From: a virus
Taxonomy: Duplodnaviria; Caudoviricetes
Direction: 5' to 3' (one strand)
IMG/VR virus record: IMGVR_UViG_3300014838_000022
Span: 1 to 59,836 of that record
DNA length: 59,836 bases
Every line of letters starts with the position of its first letter. Within the stretch, counting starts at the first letter, position 1. The translations under genes and the position numbers were made by a program. Below are positions 28,091 to 39,652 of this stretch, piece after piece. The notes below the pieces were generated by a model, which searched no databases, was not told the DNA's origin, and worked only from the letters and a program-made list of their open reading frames with translations.

Positions 28091-28561
28091 TCATTTGCTT
28101 CTTCTTTCTTTCTTTGTGTCTGTCTTGTTTACCGTCTTTTTCTTCTTCCGCTTCGTAAGCCATTTAGCCCCCGATGCTTCTAAATCATATATCACAAAAT
28201 ACCCCGTGATCTCCCCATACTCATCCTCCCGACTGTCCCCATTGTCCCATAATAACCCACCATTGAACGCTATCGCTACATGCATCGCACTCTTGTCTAC
28301 CATCGATAACCGCACAATGCTAAAACCTGCCGGTCCTATCGGAGGATTGTTCCTCATCCCACTCGTCTCCATAAATGCCTTCGCAGGTATGTAAATTATC
28401 CCCTTCCTAAAATTCTCCGCTAACCACTTCCTACTCTCCTCCATATACGCATTCTTATACAGCTTCACAAAATTTGGAACCTTCTTAGGTGAAACCTCTA
28501 ATATGCACGCTAAACTGTCCGGCCAACAAGTATCCTTAGTATTCGTTGTGTATCGTTTCAT
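28091..28561 (-). CDS. Hypothetical protein with a Cys/His/Asp pattern (possible peptidase fold)
   Basis: TCW..SLACILE...VPNF...HVAIAFNGGLLWD; basic tail. Confidence 0.5.
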   Translation of the reverse strand: MKRYTTNTKDTCWPDSLACILEVSPKKVPNFVKLYKNAYMEESRKWLAENFRKGIIYIPAKAFMETSGMRNNPPIGPAGFSIVRLSMVDKSAMHVAIAFNGGLLWDNGDSREDEYGEITGYFVIYDLEASGAKWLTKRKKKKTVNKTDTKKERRSK

Positions 28562-28915
28562 ATATCCATCATACATACTCAAATGTTCCCATATAAAAAT
28601 GTTCCTGCGTATTTTTTTAATTCCCATACTTCTTACCCCCAATTTCTAATTACACGAAAATCATCCAAAAACAACTCTAATTACACGAAAATCTACCGAA
28701 CGGGAATATTTTCCACTCTAATCCTATGAAAATTATCCAATCACCCCGAGCGGGAACATTGCCCACAATCCCCAAAAACATCACCGTTTTTTACCCGAAT
28801 ACACTGACGATGCACACTACACTTCCTTTGTTTATCGTTCAACATTGGTGTATTGTCACAATTTAACATCTTCGGAATTTGCTACTTATACTGCGTAATA
28901 TGCGCTGTTTAAATA

Positions 28916-29080
28916 TCATTGAAAAATAGACCCCGAATCTGATGTCATGCCCTTATCATAGTAACTCGCCAAGTTTCGACGACAAATTGTATCTCTGTTC
29001 TTTTGATAATATCGCTTCTGTCTTTCTCGAAGTGCTTTTTTTTGATCATCATCCGTAAAATATTTCTTGCTTCTACCCAT
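28916..29080 (-). CDS. Small basic protein (54 aa) MGRSKKYFTDDDQKKALRERQKRYY...
   Basis: Read manually; start overlaps the stop of the upstream endonuclease. Confidence 0.5.
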   Translation of the reverse strand: MGRSKKYFTDDDQKKALRERQKRYYQKNRDTICRRNLASYYDKGMTSDSGSIFQ

Positions 29081-29634
29081 AAAGTTCCTTCTCTAAAATT
29101 TGTTGAATCATTCCTATTCTAATATATGATATTCGTATTAATTTTATGTTTTTGTCTTTACAATACTCATCTTTTATTTTATCCTTTATCTGACTATATT
29201 TCAAATCTTCGGTAGTCGTCATATATTGTCCCCGCATAAACTGTCCACTGTAAAAATGTTGCTTTCCATCATATTCTATAATAATATTGTTTCTCGGAAC
29301 GAAAAAATCAAACTTTAATGGATACCCTTTTGGCGACCGACAGTCGGAAAATAGTTTCTGATAAACATAAGAAATATTCTTCCCGTCCATATATGTCATA
29401 ATCTCTAATTCACCTATAGAGATTTTACATTTCGGACATCCTTGACCTCGAAGATGTTCCGATGGTCGCTTATAAAATGTCCCATGTTTGGCACAGATAA
29501 TCTCAACTTTCCCCCCCATTGTAAATGACCTTGGAATAATCATACTTTATCCCATGTTTCTTTATAGCGCCAATAACAAATTCTTTCGTTGCCTCAGCAA
29601 TAAGTTGTGACGTAATATATCTTGGATGATTCAT
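29073..29634 (-). pseudogene. PD-(D/E)XK (Vsr/DUF559-like) homing endonuclease frameshifted at a G7 run
   Basis: N-terminal frame ...KHGIKYDYSKVIYNG continues as KVEIICAKHG...GCPKC...FDFF...IEYDGKQH in the +1 frame; C7 at 29511-29517. Confidence 0.75.
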
Positions 29635-29872
29635 GCAAGTGAATATACATACAAACAAAAAGTAGTAAAAAACATCTATAAAAAATTATTTCATGGGTTT
29701 TTTTCTAATATGTTGTCTATGATTTAACTTTTCATTTTACTACTTTTTCCTATTACAATATCACTTCCGTATGTTAAAAGGGTATGGGTGGCTGTGGCAC
29801 TGGTCGAAGTGTCTCATATTCAGACACACCCATCCGCCCCATGGTGGGGGGGATGGGTGGCACGCTTGTTGC

Positions 29873-30340
29873 TTACGAATGTTTCTGTTGTATGAGATAC
29901 CATTTGGCACGAGGCTTGCTGCAAGGGCGGGGTTTATCTTCCGCATTAGTTAGTTGTATCTTGGCAATTTCCAGTTTGCCATAAGTAGAAAGTACATTCT
30001 TGACGGCTTGCGGCTTATAACGCATCCCGCCGCTCGCAAAGCGAGTATTAACGGCTTGCACAATATCACTTGTGAACATGCTTGCGGCAATGCCGATTGC
30101 TCTTAGTTCCGTGTTTTCAATGCCACGGGAGAACACAGCCTCATTTTCCCGCAAAATATCTTTGACTAAAGCAACAATACCGCAAATGTCCAATTCGGCA
30201 TTAGCATAATGCGTGCCATAAAAGCCAGTGACTTTTTTTGTTTCGGCTAGGGTGTTATTAATTGCCATCGAATTTTCGACGACGACCACGGACAATTCAA
30301 TGGCCGCTTGTTGTGTTTCGGTATTTAATGTATCATTCAT
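29873..30340 (-). CDS. Hypothetical protein
   Basis: 155-aa ORF with an upstream promoter-like sequence. Confidence 0.6.
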   Translation of the reverse strand: MNDTLNTETQQAAIELSVVVVENSMAINNTLAETKKVTGFYGTHYANAELDICGIVALVKDILRENEAVFSRGIENTELRAIGIAASMFTSDIVQAVNTRFASGGMRYKPQAVKNVLSTYGKLEIAKIQLTNAEDKPRPCSKPRAKWYLIQQKHS

Positions 30341-30631
30341 GTATCCAATATCGCACGATCCAGTATTTAATCAAATTTTATTTTGATATATAAGTGATTA
30401 TTTTTATGTATCATTTTGAGACAGCGAGGAATGGGGCAGTATTTATGCTCGGTGAAATGACCTTAGTAAATACATTCGGTGAAATGATAGGTAAATAATG
30501 GCCAGTATTAAGTCGTGATGGCAATTTCAGTTCGAGGTGAACGGGCAAGGAATATGGACACGAAAAACCGTTTAAGTTATTACACTTAAACGGCTTCTGT
30601 AACCCCGCTCTAAAATGGGGGTGTTATCGGC

Positions 30632-30943
30632 TTAGACTTCGGCGGGGGAGCCTTGGACCGCATTGGCGGGGGTGAGCCAAGTCACATCGTTTTCGCCGGG
30701 ACCGCTGGTATAATTGCGACAAGTGCGCCCGAGGAAAGTTGTACGAGTTCCGCCATCGGGTTTGAACGAAATGGTAAGGGAGGACTTGAAATGCACCTTT
30801 CCTTCATCGCCAGCCTTCAAGAGGGCGGCAATGGTGGCTTTCTTGGACTTGCCCACTTTGATGCCCAGAGCCTTGGAGGCGGCAGCTAGGTCTTCGGCGG
30901 TAATGGTTTCGAGGACGGGAGAGGCAATGATTGATTTACTCAT
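30632..30943 (-). CDS. Hypothetical basic Ala/Lys-rich protein
   Basis: Own TTGACA promoter (~31031) and downstream hairpins. Confidence 0.65.
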   Translation of the reverse strand: MSKSIIASPVLETITAEDLAAASKALGIKVGKSKKATIAALLKAGDEGKVHFKSSLTISFKPDGGTRTTFLGRTCRNYTSGPGENDVTWLTPANAVQGSPAEV

Positions 30944-31222
30944 AATGAACTATAGCGGTTAATACTGCGTTTGTGAAGCTTGTTGCTTCGTTTGTTACAC
31001 ATAGAACATAACACACTAGGCTAGGTTGTCAAATTTTAGTTTTAAAATAGTTAAAAAATCTTTTTTGACACCGCAGCCGAGGCAAGCCATCCGCACCCTA
31101 TTTACTGGCCAGTATTAAGTCGTCCGGGTTGGCAGTATTTTGGTTCGGTGACATGGGAATATAAAACAGCAATCCCCGCACCACTTGGCACGAGGATTGC
31201 TTGTTTTTGCGAAACAGACGAC

Positions 31223-31825
31223 TTAATCGGCAAGAATAGCTTCTGCCTCAGCAAGTTCGGGCATCTCAATAATTACGCCTGAAGCTTTCAATTGTTTGAC
31301 GTTGGACAATTTAACCGCTATTACGGATGGTTTAAACTCGCTCCGTTCGCTTTCGGCATAGAGCCAAGGATTCACTTCATCATCAGAAACGGGTTCTCCC
31401 GCCTCATTCACATAGGCGTTAGTTGATTTCATCGGGAAGTATTGCAAGTAAAACTCTCCCCGCTTGGTTTCATCTTTGTGTTGAACCACGGGAAGGGACT
31501 TGCCATCAGAAGTCATAAGATGCTCATACCATGTTTCGCCCGCAACGTATTCAACTTCGGATTCTTTCACGCCGAGTTTTTCGGCAATGCGGCGGGAAAC
31601 ACTGTCGCAATAATTGGCATTGATGATTCCCATTTTACGGGACACCTTGTAAAGGCCATTCTTGGTCTTGGCACTTGCGCCCCAAGGGTTACCCTTGCGG
31701 ATTTTGACTACGGGAGTTTTGGTGACGATGGCCACAAAGCGACATTGGGTGCTATTGATCTTTAAGAAGCCTAGCATTTCCAAGTCTGACACCATTTTTA
31801 CCACATTTTCTTTATTAAGTTTCAT
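31223..31825 (-). CDS. Hypothetical phage protein
   Basis: 200-aa ORF with its own promoter and terminator. Confidence 0.7.
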   Translation of the reverse strand: MKLNKENVVKMVSDLEMLGFLKINSTQCRFVAIVTKTPVVKIRKGNPWGASAKTKNGLYKVSRKMGIINANYCDSVSRRIAEKLGVKESEVEYVAGETWYEHLMTSDGKSLPVVQHKDETKRGEFYLQYFPMKSTNAYVNEAGEPVSDDEVNPWLYAESERSEFKPSVIAVKLSNVKQLKASGVIIEMPELAEAEAILAD

Positions 31826-32085
31826 TTGTTTCGCAATGTTTATTTGTTTCTTACTTACAATTCAATTTAACACACTATGAGAGATTGTCAAATAATGTTT
31901 TAAAAATCTTTTCAGTCACCCGATCTCGATCCGGTGGCGCCGCCAGTCGAGTGAATACTGGGCAGTATATGCCAGTGTCCGGGTAGTAAATGGGTTCGGT
32001 GAGAGTAAATAGAAAAACACTCCCGAGGAAGGAGTGGTTCATCTCCCCGGGAGTGGAAACCGACAGAACACCAACAACCAAAATT

Positions 32086-32496
32086 TTACGAGATTCGCTT
32101 AAAGGTAAAATAATCTTCATTACTATGCAGCATACCCCGGAAATGCTTGCCCTTGCGCTCAAAATTCACCACTTTGCCGCCGGGGATGTAATTCACTGCA
32201 TTGGCGACCTGTACACCGGAAAAGGTATGGACAACATGTTTGTTGCGGTCAAAATAGAATTCACCATGCTGTCCAACTTGGCAATTTTCGTCCAATCCTT
32301 TTATTTGCGCTTCCGAGAGATAAATATTGTGCATTTCTGCTTCATCGGGGGTAACGTCCACACGTCCATATTGGGCATCGTACACCCCATGTCCGGGGAA
32401 TGGCATAAGATAGCCGAGGCAGTCGTTTGAATTGGCAATCGTTATGAGACTGCCTTTATTTTCTATGGTTAGTGAGAGAGTTGGTTTATGTTTCAT
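32086..32496 (-). CDS. Hypothetical protein
   Basis: ORF with an upstream TTGACA promoter. Confidence 0.6.
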   Translation of the reverse strand: MKHKPTLSLTIENKGSLITIANSNDCLGYLMPFPGHGVYDAQYGRVDVTPDEAEMHNIYLSEAQIKGLDENCQVGQHGEFYFDRNKHVVHTFSGVQVANAVNYIPGGKVVNFERKGKHFRGMLHSNEDYFTFKRIS

Positions 32497-32532
32497 ATTG
32501 TGCCTATAAATTAGCATACTTATGCGGATTTG

Positions 32533-32934
32533 TCAAGTGGCCATGGCATAATTGGTTGAAAGAATTTTAGTGTCGGCATTATACTCCGCCGTGTAATAAT
32601 ACTCATAAAATGATTCGACCTGAGTCCACCGCTTTGGTTTTCCCGTGAGAATAACGTCTTGTATGAAGATAGGGAACCGGCAGCAATGGCGGGAAATACT
32701 GTCCCCACTCATAAGTTTAAAGTCTGCCTCCGTTACATTGTATAATGACACCCCGTTAGGTTCACAGATAATGAACCCATAAGGCCATGGCGAAGTAAAT
32801 ACGCCGCCTGGGAAGTCTAACATCACCCGCTGGCCAACTGTAAATTTGAAGTGACTGGTAAATTTACCATTTCCAATTTCCACTTCATAGGGATAATTGG
32901 GAGAAATTTTGGTTACTATGCCTTTTATTTTCAT
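32533..32934 (-). CDS. Hypothetical protein
   Basis: ORF with an upstream TTGACA promoter. Confidence 0.55.
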   Translation of the reverse strand: MKIKGIVTKISPNYPYEVEIGNGKFTSHFKFTVGQRVMLDFPGGVFTSPWPYGFIICEPNGVSLYNVTEADFKLMSGDSISRHCCRFPIFIQDVILTGKPKRWTQVESFYEYYYTAEYNADTKILSTNYAMAT

Positions 32935-33077
32935 AAGACACCTTATCACATAAGAATATAAATGTCAAATGGAATTCCCTACACCCGAGTCTGGTGACTG
33001 GACCCGAGTACGAGTTAATACTGGACAGTATGTTCTCGATAAAATATAGGATTTGGGTTCGGTGAGACTATATATAA

Positions 33078-33119
33078 ATGTGTTGATTACTGTAAAATCA
33101 GTCAATCGAAGACACGGTG
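33078..33119 (+). repeat. ~42-bp direct repeat, second copy at ~36515-36556
   Basis: AATGTGTTGATTACTGTAAAATCAGTCAATCGAAGACACGGTG, each time following TTCGGTGA. Confidence 0.85.
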
Positions 33120-33176
33120 AAAACAATAACAAATCCCTTATGATTTCTCATAAGGGACAATGTAACTAACCGACAA

Positions 33177-34196
33177 CTACACCGATGAAAGAAGTTTATC
33201 TCCGCTCGCCGCCCAGTCCGCAACGACTTCAGGGTCACGGATACCATTCCAAAAAGTTTGTTTCGCCATTAACCCCGCCCCGTATTCACTGGATTCAACT
33301 TGCCTCATGGGATTATTTCCACGGGAACTGGTATGAGTATAATAATCAGTTACCGATGACATCATGTCACTATAATCATTGCCATCGTTCCCACGACCTG
33401 ATTTGAACAAGCTTGCCAAGGTATTCACCGTATTGCGGGTCCGGGTTGATAATGTTTCCGCATCTGAATTACGAGTAAGAAACCCAGTGAAAATGCTTTG
33501 GGCATCATGAGAAGTTGTCTTGATTTGAGACAGTTTATCAAATTCAATTTGAAACTCTCCTTGAACCCCCACGGCTTTGTCGATCAAAGCGGCAATCGCA
33601 GGCAACTTTAAAGTTGCATTCTTGGTATGCCGTTGGCGAACAGCAATGTTATCGGGGACTGATGTGTCATCATCTTTCCCCGCCTTATTTTCCACGGAAA
33701 ACAGATTCATGGAAAACGTGTTATCGCATACAGTGCAAATATTGGACGTATTTACCCACAGTACAGAGGACTTATCATGTCCATTGCCGAAATTCAAGAA
33801 AGCAGAAAACTCCCTCCCGGCCGCTTTGAATTTCTCCATGCCGATGAGTTCAATCGAAAGGAATACACGGCCACGGTTGCGGGTAGAGCCGACAGACACA
33901 ATCTTATGCTGTGTTCCAGAAATGGACATTTTCACCAGTTCCAAGAATAAAGCGTTAGTAATTGGTTGGAATGTTCCTGGGTTATACGGCTTCCCAATTT
34001 CCAATCCAACCACGTCATTGCATTCCAAGATAGAATATTTGCTTGGCTGACCTCGTTTCTCCAATACCACGGGCACCAAGTCCCATTTATTGAGGTAGTT
34101 ATCGTCCAATGTAATCAACGGACGAACATGAGTTTTTCCATGCCATCCCATGGTCGTTGCTTCATGTATATCGTAATTTTCAATTCGATCAGCCAT
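33177..34196 (-). CDS. DUF932 / TIGR03299 phage-plasmid-like protein
   Basis: WHGK, FQPITN, VGSTRNRGRVF, NGHDKS, VCDNT, RHT, VTDYYTH motifs. Confidence 0.8.
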   Translation of the reverse strand: MADRIENYDIHEATTMGWHGKTHVRPLITLDDNYLNKWDLVPVVLEKRGQPSKYSILECNDVVGLEIGKPYNPGTFQPITNALFLELVKMSISGTQHKIVSVGSTRNRGRVFLSIELIGMEKFKAAGREFSAFLNFGNGHDKSSVLWVNTSNICTVCDNTFSMNLFSVENKAGKDDDTSVPDNIAVRQRHTKNATLKLPAIAALIDKAVGVQGEFQIEFDKLSQIKTTSHDAQSIFTGFLTRNSDAETLSTRTRNTVNTLASLFKSGRGNDGNDYSDMMSSVTDYYTHTSSRGNNPMRQVESSEYGAGLMAKQTFWNGIRDPEVVADWAASGDKLLSSV

Positions 34197-35573
34197 AATT
34201 GTTTAAGTGTTAATTGTTGTGTTTCTCTCAACACCTAAACAATAACAGATTTATTTCAAATGTCAAATAAATCTAAAGTTTTATCACATTATTTTTTGCA
34301 GTCCCGCAGCCGAGACACGGGTATAGCAAATACTGGACAGTAGATAGATACATCATGGCAGTAAATTGGTTCGGTGAATTCGGTGAGTTCCATGAAAATA
34401 AAAAAACCCTCGAATAGTTTCGAGGGGTGTCCCGTATGGGTTAATGGGTCTTTCGACCCAAGACTAAATCAAGTAAACAGACGATTAACAACCAATTGCT
34501 TCAAGTCCCGGGCAATGCCATTCGTATCATGCAGATTGATCATTGGAGCGTTTTTCACACCAACGGCTTGAGCATCAGCCAAGACATTGCCACTCAGGAC
34601 AACAGTATGAATGATATATACACCGCCACGGTAACGAACACGGCGACCGTTGGCAGCAATGAGGGCTTGGCGACGGGCTTCAATTCCCGCTTTGAGGTTC
34701 GAGGGAGGGAGTGTGGATTCAATTTTCATATTGTTATTATACCGCAGTTGTGGTGATTGTCAAATTTTAATTAAGCAATCCCAGAAGAATTTCAGCCTTT
34801 TCCGGACTTCCAATTTCAGTTTCGTTTTTTGCCTTGTAAATGGTAGAGCGAGTATGTTTATCCATCTTCAACAGAAAGGCCATTTCCAATGCCGATGCCG
34901 CTTCCACAGGATCATTCGCTTCCAACATTTTTTGGGCTTTGATAATGGCTTACTTTAATGTTTTATTCATATTGATTGTCAATTTTTACTTTTTTGGATT
35001 GAGGATATGTCCCACGGGAGGAATGTAATACTTCCTCAAATGATTAAGAGTTTGCCGTATAGCCCTTGCTTCATACAGTGTTATATCTGGACATGCAAGC
35101 ATGAACTCCAGTTCTTTTTCGACGATCTTTGCTCTTTTTGGTTCCATAGTATTAATATACACTAGTTGGTGTGGTTGTCAAATTCTTTTTTGGAGTGCAG
35201 TCAAAATGTCAAGTGAACCTCAGATGCCGAGGGGACGAGTGAATACTGTCCAGTATATAGTCGTCCGAAAGCAGTAAATTCATTCGGTGAGATCGGTGAA
35301 AATAATACTTGACAAGTCCTATAAGTATGTTAATTTGTATATATGCCAACCAAGACTAAAAAACTATCAACGGTGAAAGAATGTATTGCCTACGTTGAAT
35401 CGTTGGGCTATACCTTTCAAAGGCGGTTATCACATCACAAATACTTCTTTAGAATCAATCGCCCCGAAACCCGCCCTCCCCATAATTGGGAAATGACTTG
35501 GAGTCTCGGGGAGATGCGTCGTGCAATGATATATGGCTGTTGACATTCGTTTATTCGGTGATATAATAACAAT

Positions 35574-36032
35574 ATGAAAATAACAAAACTTCGGTTGACC
35601 TTGGATATGAACATCGACCCGCAAGGTATTTCCACTGACCGTCTGAAAATTAACATTCATCGGGTCATTCACGAAGCTTGTGATAATGGCACCTTCACCG
35701 AGGGCGGCGCCACACTTGAATTCTACAATGTCAAGGTCACGACCCGTCGCCCCCGGAAGAAAAGGAAAGATACAACCCCAACTTTCCCGTGTGTTTGTGC
35801 AGTTTGTGGACAGAAAGCCATTACTACCCGTTCAATTTCCATCGACAATGCACCAAAGCATAACCTGCCTGTGTGTGAAATCCACGCCGATGCCGCTGAT
35901 GAAGACAATGAACGGGCACACAATAGGATAATGCCACTCAGAGGCATCAAGGACAACGAGGATGCCATTGAACAGCAGCGGAGGGACGAGAAAAACGGAT
36001 TGTATCCCGAACACGAAGACCCGTCTAATTGA
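35574..36032 (+). CDS. Hypothetical protein with zinc finger
   Basis: CAVCG...VCEIH; TTGACA-N17-TATAAT promoter at 35540-35568. Confidence 0.6.
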   Translation: MKITKLRLTLDMNIDPQGISTDRLKINIHRVIHEACDNGTFTEGGATLEFYNVKVTTRRPRKKRKDTTPTFPCVCAVCGQKAITTRSISIDNAPKHNLPVCEIHADAADEDNERAHNRIMPLRGIKDNEDAIEQQRRDEKNGLYPEHEDPSN

Positions 36033-36616
36033 TTCGGTGACAATATGAAAGGTAAAATTTACTTTTATGAACTTTCGGAATTAGCTACGTTTCTGAAAGC
36101 ATTTACTGGTTCCACCGCAACCTTTGAGGTCAAACAAGACCAACCAACCAAACGATGGATATTGGAATTCCTTGGGGGATACTGTTTCACGATCAGACGC
36201 CCTAAATCCCATGCCACTCCCAACGGGGGATTTACATGGTCGCTCGGCGAAATGCGTATCGCAGTGCGAAACAAAGTTGACTTTTTATAATTCTGTGATA
36301 CAATAATAATATGAAAAAATACATTCGATTCTTTCGGAATAAAGAGGAAATGATACCATTAATTTCTTATCAACTTACTCCCATCGACAAGCAAACCAAC
36401 AATACCATCCTTGATACTCCTGAGGAAGTGTATGAGAACATCAATCAATGGATGAACATATACGTCAACGGCAAGGTGGACTTCGTATGGCTCCCCTAAT
36501 TCGGTGAAACTATGAATGTGTTGATTACTGTAAAATCAGTCAATCGAAGACACGGTGCAGTTATTATATCTTCTACCGTCTTGACATGGGAATAAGGAAT
36601 TGCTATCCTTGTTCCC

Positions 36617-36904
36617 ATGAGTACGAACATAACTAAATGGACCTTTAAAGACGGACCTTCACAATTTCCTTACGATACCTTCCCCTTGGCATTCCGAGCC
36701 ATGTTTAATACTGTAAAAACCGGGGTTGAAAAAGGACGTAAGTTTAATGAGATGACCAAACAAATGGTTATCCTTGCCCCTACCAAGGATCAACATGGGG
36801 ATTTCCGCCGCTATAATTACGATGCTGCCACGGAACTTGCCAAGGCTAGTGAACTCCTCACATCCGACGGAGAAATCAATGGCAGAGTGTTTAAACGCCG
36901 TTAA
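36617..36904 (+). CDS. Hypothetical protein
   Basis: 95-aa ORF after a TTGACA promoter. Confidence 0.6.
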   Translation: MSTNITKWTFKDGPSQFPYDTFPLAFRAMFNTVKTGVEKGRKFNEMTKQMVILAPTKDQHGDFRRYNYDAATELAKASELLTSDGEINGRVFKRR

Positions 36905-37491
36905 ACGACCTTAAAGGTATCCAAGGGGACATCTATAAGGATGTCCCCCTCATAGGTCACAATGTCCGCAGTCTTCTCCTTGGTGGATACTTCCTCTATA
37001 TTCATCTCCGTCCACCGGCTGTAGGAAATATCCCACGTCTCATTCAAGCGAAATTTCTGAACTTCGCCGACCCAGTTCTTCATGAATCGTATTTTCATAA
37101 GAGTACATACTGGACAGTAAATGTTATAATCAAACTAAAATTTGATATAATAAAAAATCCCGGCTCTTTCGAGCCGGGATCACTTTGCCAAGGTGCTGAG
37201 GTGTTATTGGTCAATTGATTTTACAATGATCAACACTATGGGACAACCACACACAATACCCATTGCCGTCCTCGAACGTGCCATCTTCACTCAATGCCAA
37301 CAAATCATCAGCAAAAATTGTCGGGGAGTTTTCTTTCACACAGGTCTCAAACACCCGTGTTGCGTCGGCATTTCCCACGGGAGTTTCAGAAAAGGACTGA
37401 ATACTTTGAAGGTTTCCATTGATTACTTCAATAACATTGACTGTATTTAGTTTAGCGTTCATACCTAAACCATAACATACTATAAGAACTT

Positions 37492-37569
37492 GTCAAATAC
37501 TTTTTATACGGAAAATGAAATTGACATTTCTTGATAATGCTGTAATATATATTCATCGAATGAAACCTA
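37492..37569. repeat. 78-bp direct repeat containing back-to-back promoter elements, second copy at 38338-38415
   Basis: GTCAAATACTTTTTATAC(G/A)GAAAATGAAATTGACATTTCTTGATAATGCTGTAATATATATTCATCGAATGAAACCTA. Confidence 0.9.
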
Positions 37570-37897
37570 CACCAGAGTTGGTATTTGTCAACCGTTATTC
37601 TTCGGAAACTTCGACAAATTTGCATCCGATGACGGAAGGATAGTAACGGCTTCCATCCATGTAGATATGGCCGTTTGCTCCAGTCAGAGGAGAGACATCA
37701 GTGAGAATGCCTTTATCCCCACTAAAATCGGTGACGGTATCACCAATCTTGACTTCTTTGTTGGTAGTAGTATTTACAAGTTTTGTCATATATCACACAA
37801 TAACGCACTATGAGAGGTTGTCAAATGCTTTCTTCATACTTTTGATTTTGTCTTGACATTTTCTCACAATGGATTATAATTAATCATTTTCATATTG

Positions 37898-38308
37898 TTA
37901 GTTGGTTTGTTCCGCAACCTTAAATTGAATCACTGCCGTGTCCATGTCAATCAGTTCCGAGAAATCCATCCACCGATTGATCCCACCAGTGTAATCCTTT
38001 CGCCCCTCACAGTGACGATACACGAATTTCTTGAAAAAACTGCCTTGGTAGAGTTGAATATAAATGTGCTCCCCATGTAGTGTAATTTTCCCGCTGACAG
38101 CAATACCTCCCTTATTTGAGCGAATATCAAACGATCCATCAGTCAGTCCCATTTTTGCCGCCACTTCCTTCAATACTTTTTTCCCAAGGCGATGGAATTC
38201 ATATTTGATTGATCCCTCTTTCCATCCCGGCAATTTGACCGCATCCCCATTAATGATATTGGACATAACCAACTTGGTTAGTTGTTTGGCAGTAGTTTCT
38301 TTATTCAT
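37898..38308 (-). CDS. Hypothetical phage protein
   Basis: DIRSNKGGIAVSGKITLH...YR.C....DYTGG.N. Confidence 0.65.
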   Translation of the reverse strand: MNKETTAKQLTKLVMSNIINGDAVKLPGWKEGSIKYEFHRLGKKVLKEVAAKMGLTDGSFDIRSNKGGIAVSGKITLHGEHIYIQLYQGSFFKKFVYRHCEGRKDYTGGINRWMDFSELIDMDTAVIQFKVAEQTN

Positions 38309-38405
38309 ATATTTATCCTAACACAATCTCTCTAATCGTCAAATACTTTTTATACAGAAAATGAAATTGACATTTCTTGATAATGCTGTAATATATATTC
38401 ATCGA

Positions 38406-38768
38406 ATGAAACCTATTCAACTTGATCCAACCAGACAAAATTTAAAGTCCCGTCCTAAAGGACTTACCGAACAAGAATACTTTCAAATCGCCCTCAAAGA
38501 AGGCTACGCTCTGCTAAAAGCGGACCCTAAGCATTCAACCCCGCATTCGGTGACTTCATCTATAATGTCTAAGGTCTATACTACCTTGGGGAAGATGTCC
38601 AATAACCCCTATACAAGGGCATGGGCACAATTATTAGCAAAAATGAGGCCCGAGGTGCGTTCGGTGATCGAAGACATGATCAATGGAAAGATTCTTAAAG
38701 ATCAGCGATATGATACATTCTGCCGTTCGGTGACTGAACTTGGTGACCTGCTTTCAGCAAAAAATTAG
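38406..38768 (+). CDS. Hypothetical protein (start MKPIQL)
   Basis: Follows the duplicated promoter. Confidence 0.6.
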   Translation: MKPIQLDPTRQNLKSRPKGLTEQEYFQIALKEGYALLKADPKHSTPHSVTSSIMSKVYTTLGKMSNNPYTRAWAQLLAKMRPEVRSVIEDMINGKILKDQRYDTFCRSVTELGDLLSAKN

Positions 38769-39023
38769 TTAAACCATTAAACCAAATAAAGTTATGCTCA
38801 TTGATCCCACTCTTACCGGTCGCAAATACTATACATCTGACCCCCACACAGTTTACACTCTTCGTGGTATCTACGTTAATCCCGGCAGCCTCCCTATCGT
38901 TATCGCAGAAATGGATAGTGCTGCGCCGGCTGGAATCCGCCCGGCGGCTCCTATCACCTTACTGGTTACCCACCAGTTGAAAGAAGTTCACCTTTTGCCA
39001 TAACTTATAAGGCTAGGGTCCAC

Positions 39024-39053
39024 CAGCCTCCTCTTAACTGAGGAGGCTTTTTT
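39024..39053 (+). terminator. Intrinsic terminator
   Basis: AGCCTCCTC-TTAACT-GAGGAGGCT followed by a T-run. Confidence 0.8.
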
Positions 39054-39652
39054 ATTGTCTCGATTCAGGCAAATCATAGCCCCTCGCCAGGTTAAGTATA
39101 TACTGGTCAGTATGTTCTCAATAAAATATAGGATTTAGGCTCGGTGAAATGAATATAAAAGAGGAGAGCCGACAACCATTTGGTAATCGGCTCTTAGTTA
39201 TATGAGAAGGATCATTACCATTTGGAATCAAGGCAAAGCTTGGTAACAACCTGTGTGTGGGGACTTTACGAAGATGGAATGTATTTCTGCTTCAGAATCT
39301 TGTATGCTTCCGCCGTGGTCTGCTCGAACCCAAAAGGATTCTCGTGACATGAGGGAATACATTTATTCAGACACCACACCATAACCCCGTGCTTCTCATC
39401 CCCTTCCACGGTTGGAATAGCGGTGATCGGACCCCCGCATAAGGGACATGTAAGCTCGGGATGGACGATTGGAGTAGTTTTCCATGCCATAAAATTAATC
39501 AAACCTCTCCAACAATTTCAGTACGTCTTCTTTAGAAAGGTAAATTCTAGTTGTTTCTTCGTTGAATTCAATACAAATTTCATTATCGAGATCAGGCAGA
39601 CTTACATCACATATATCCCGAAGCCGCACACTATATGGCTTTTCATCTTGAC

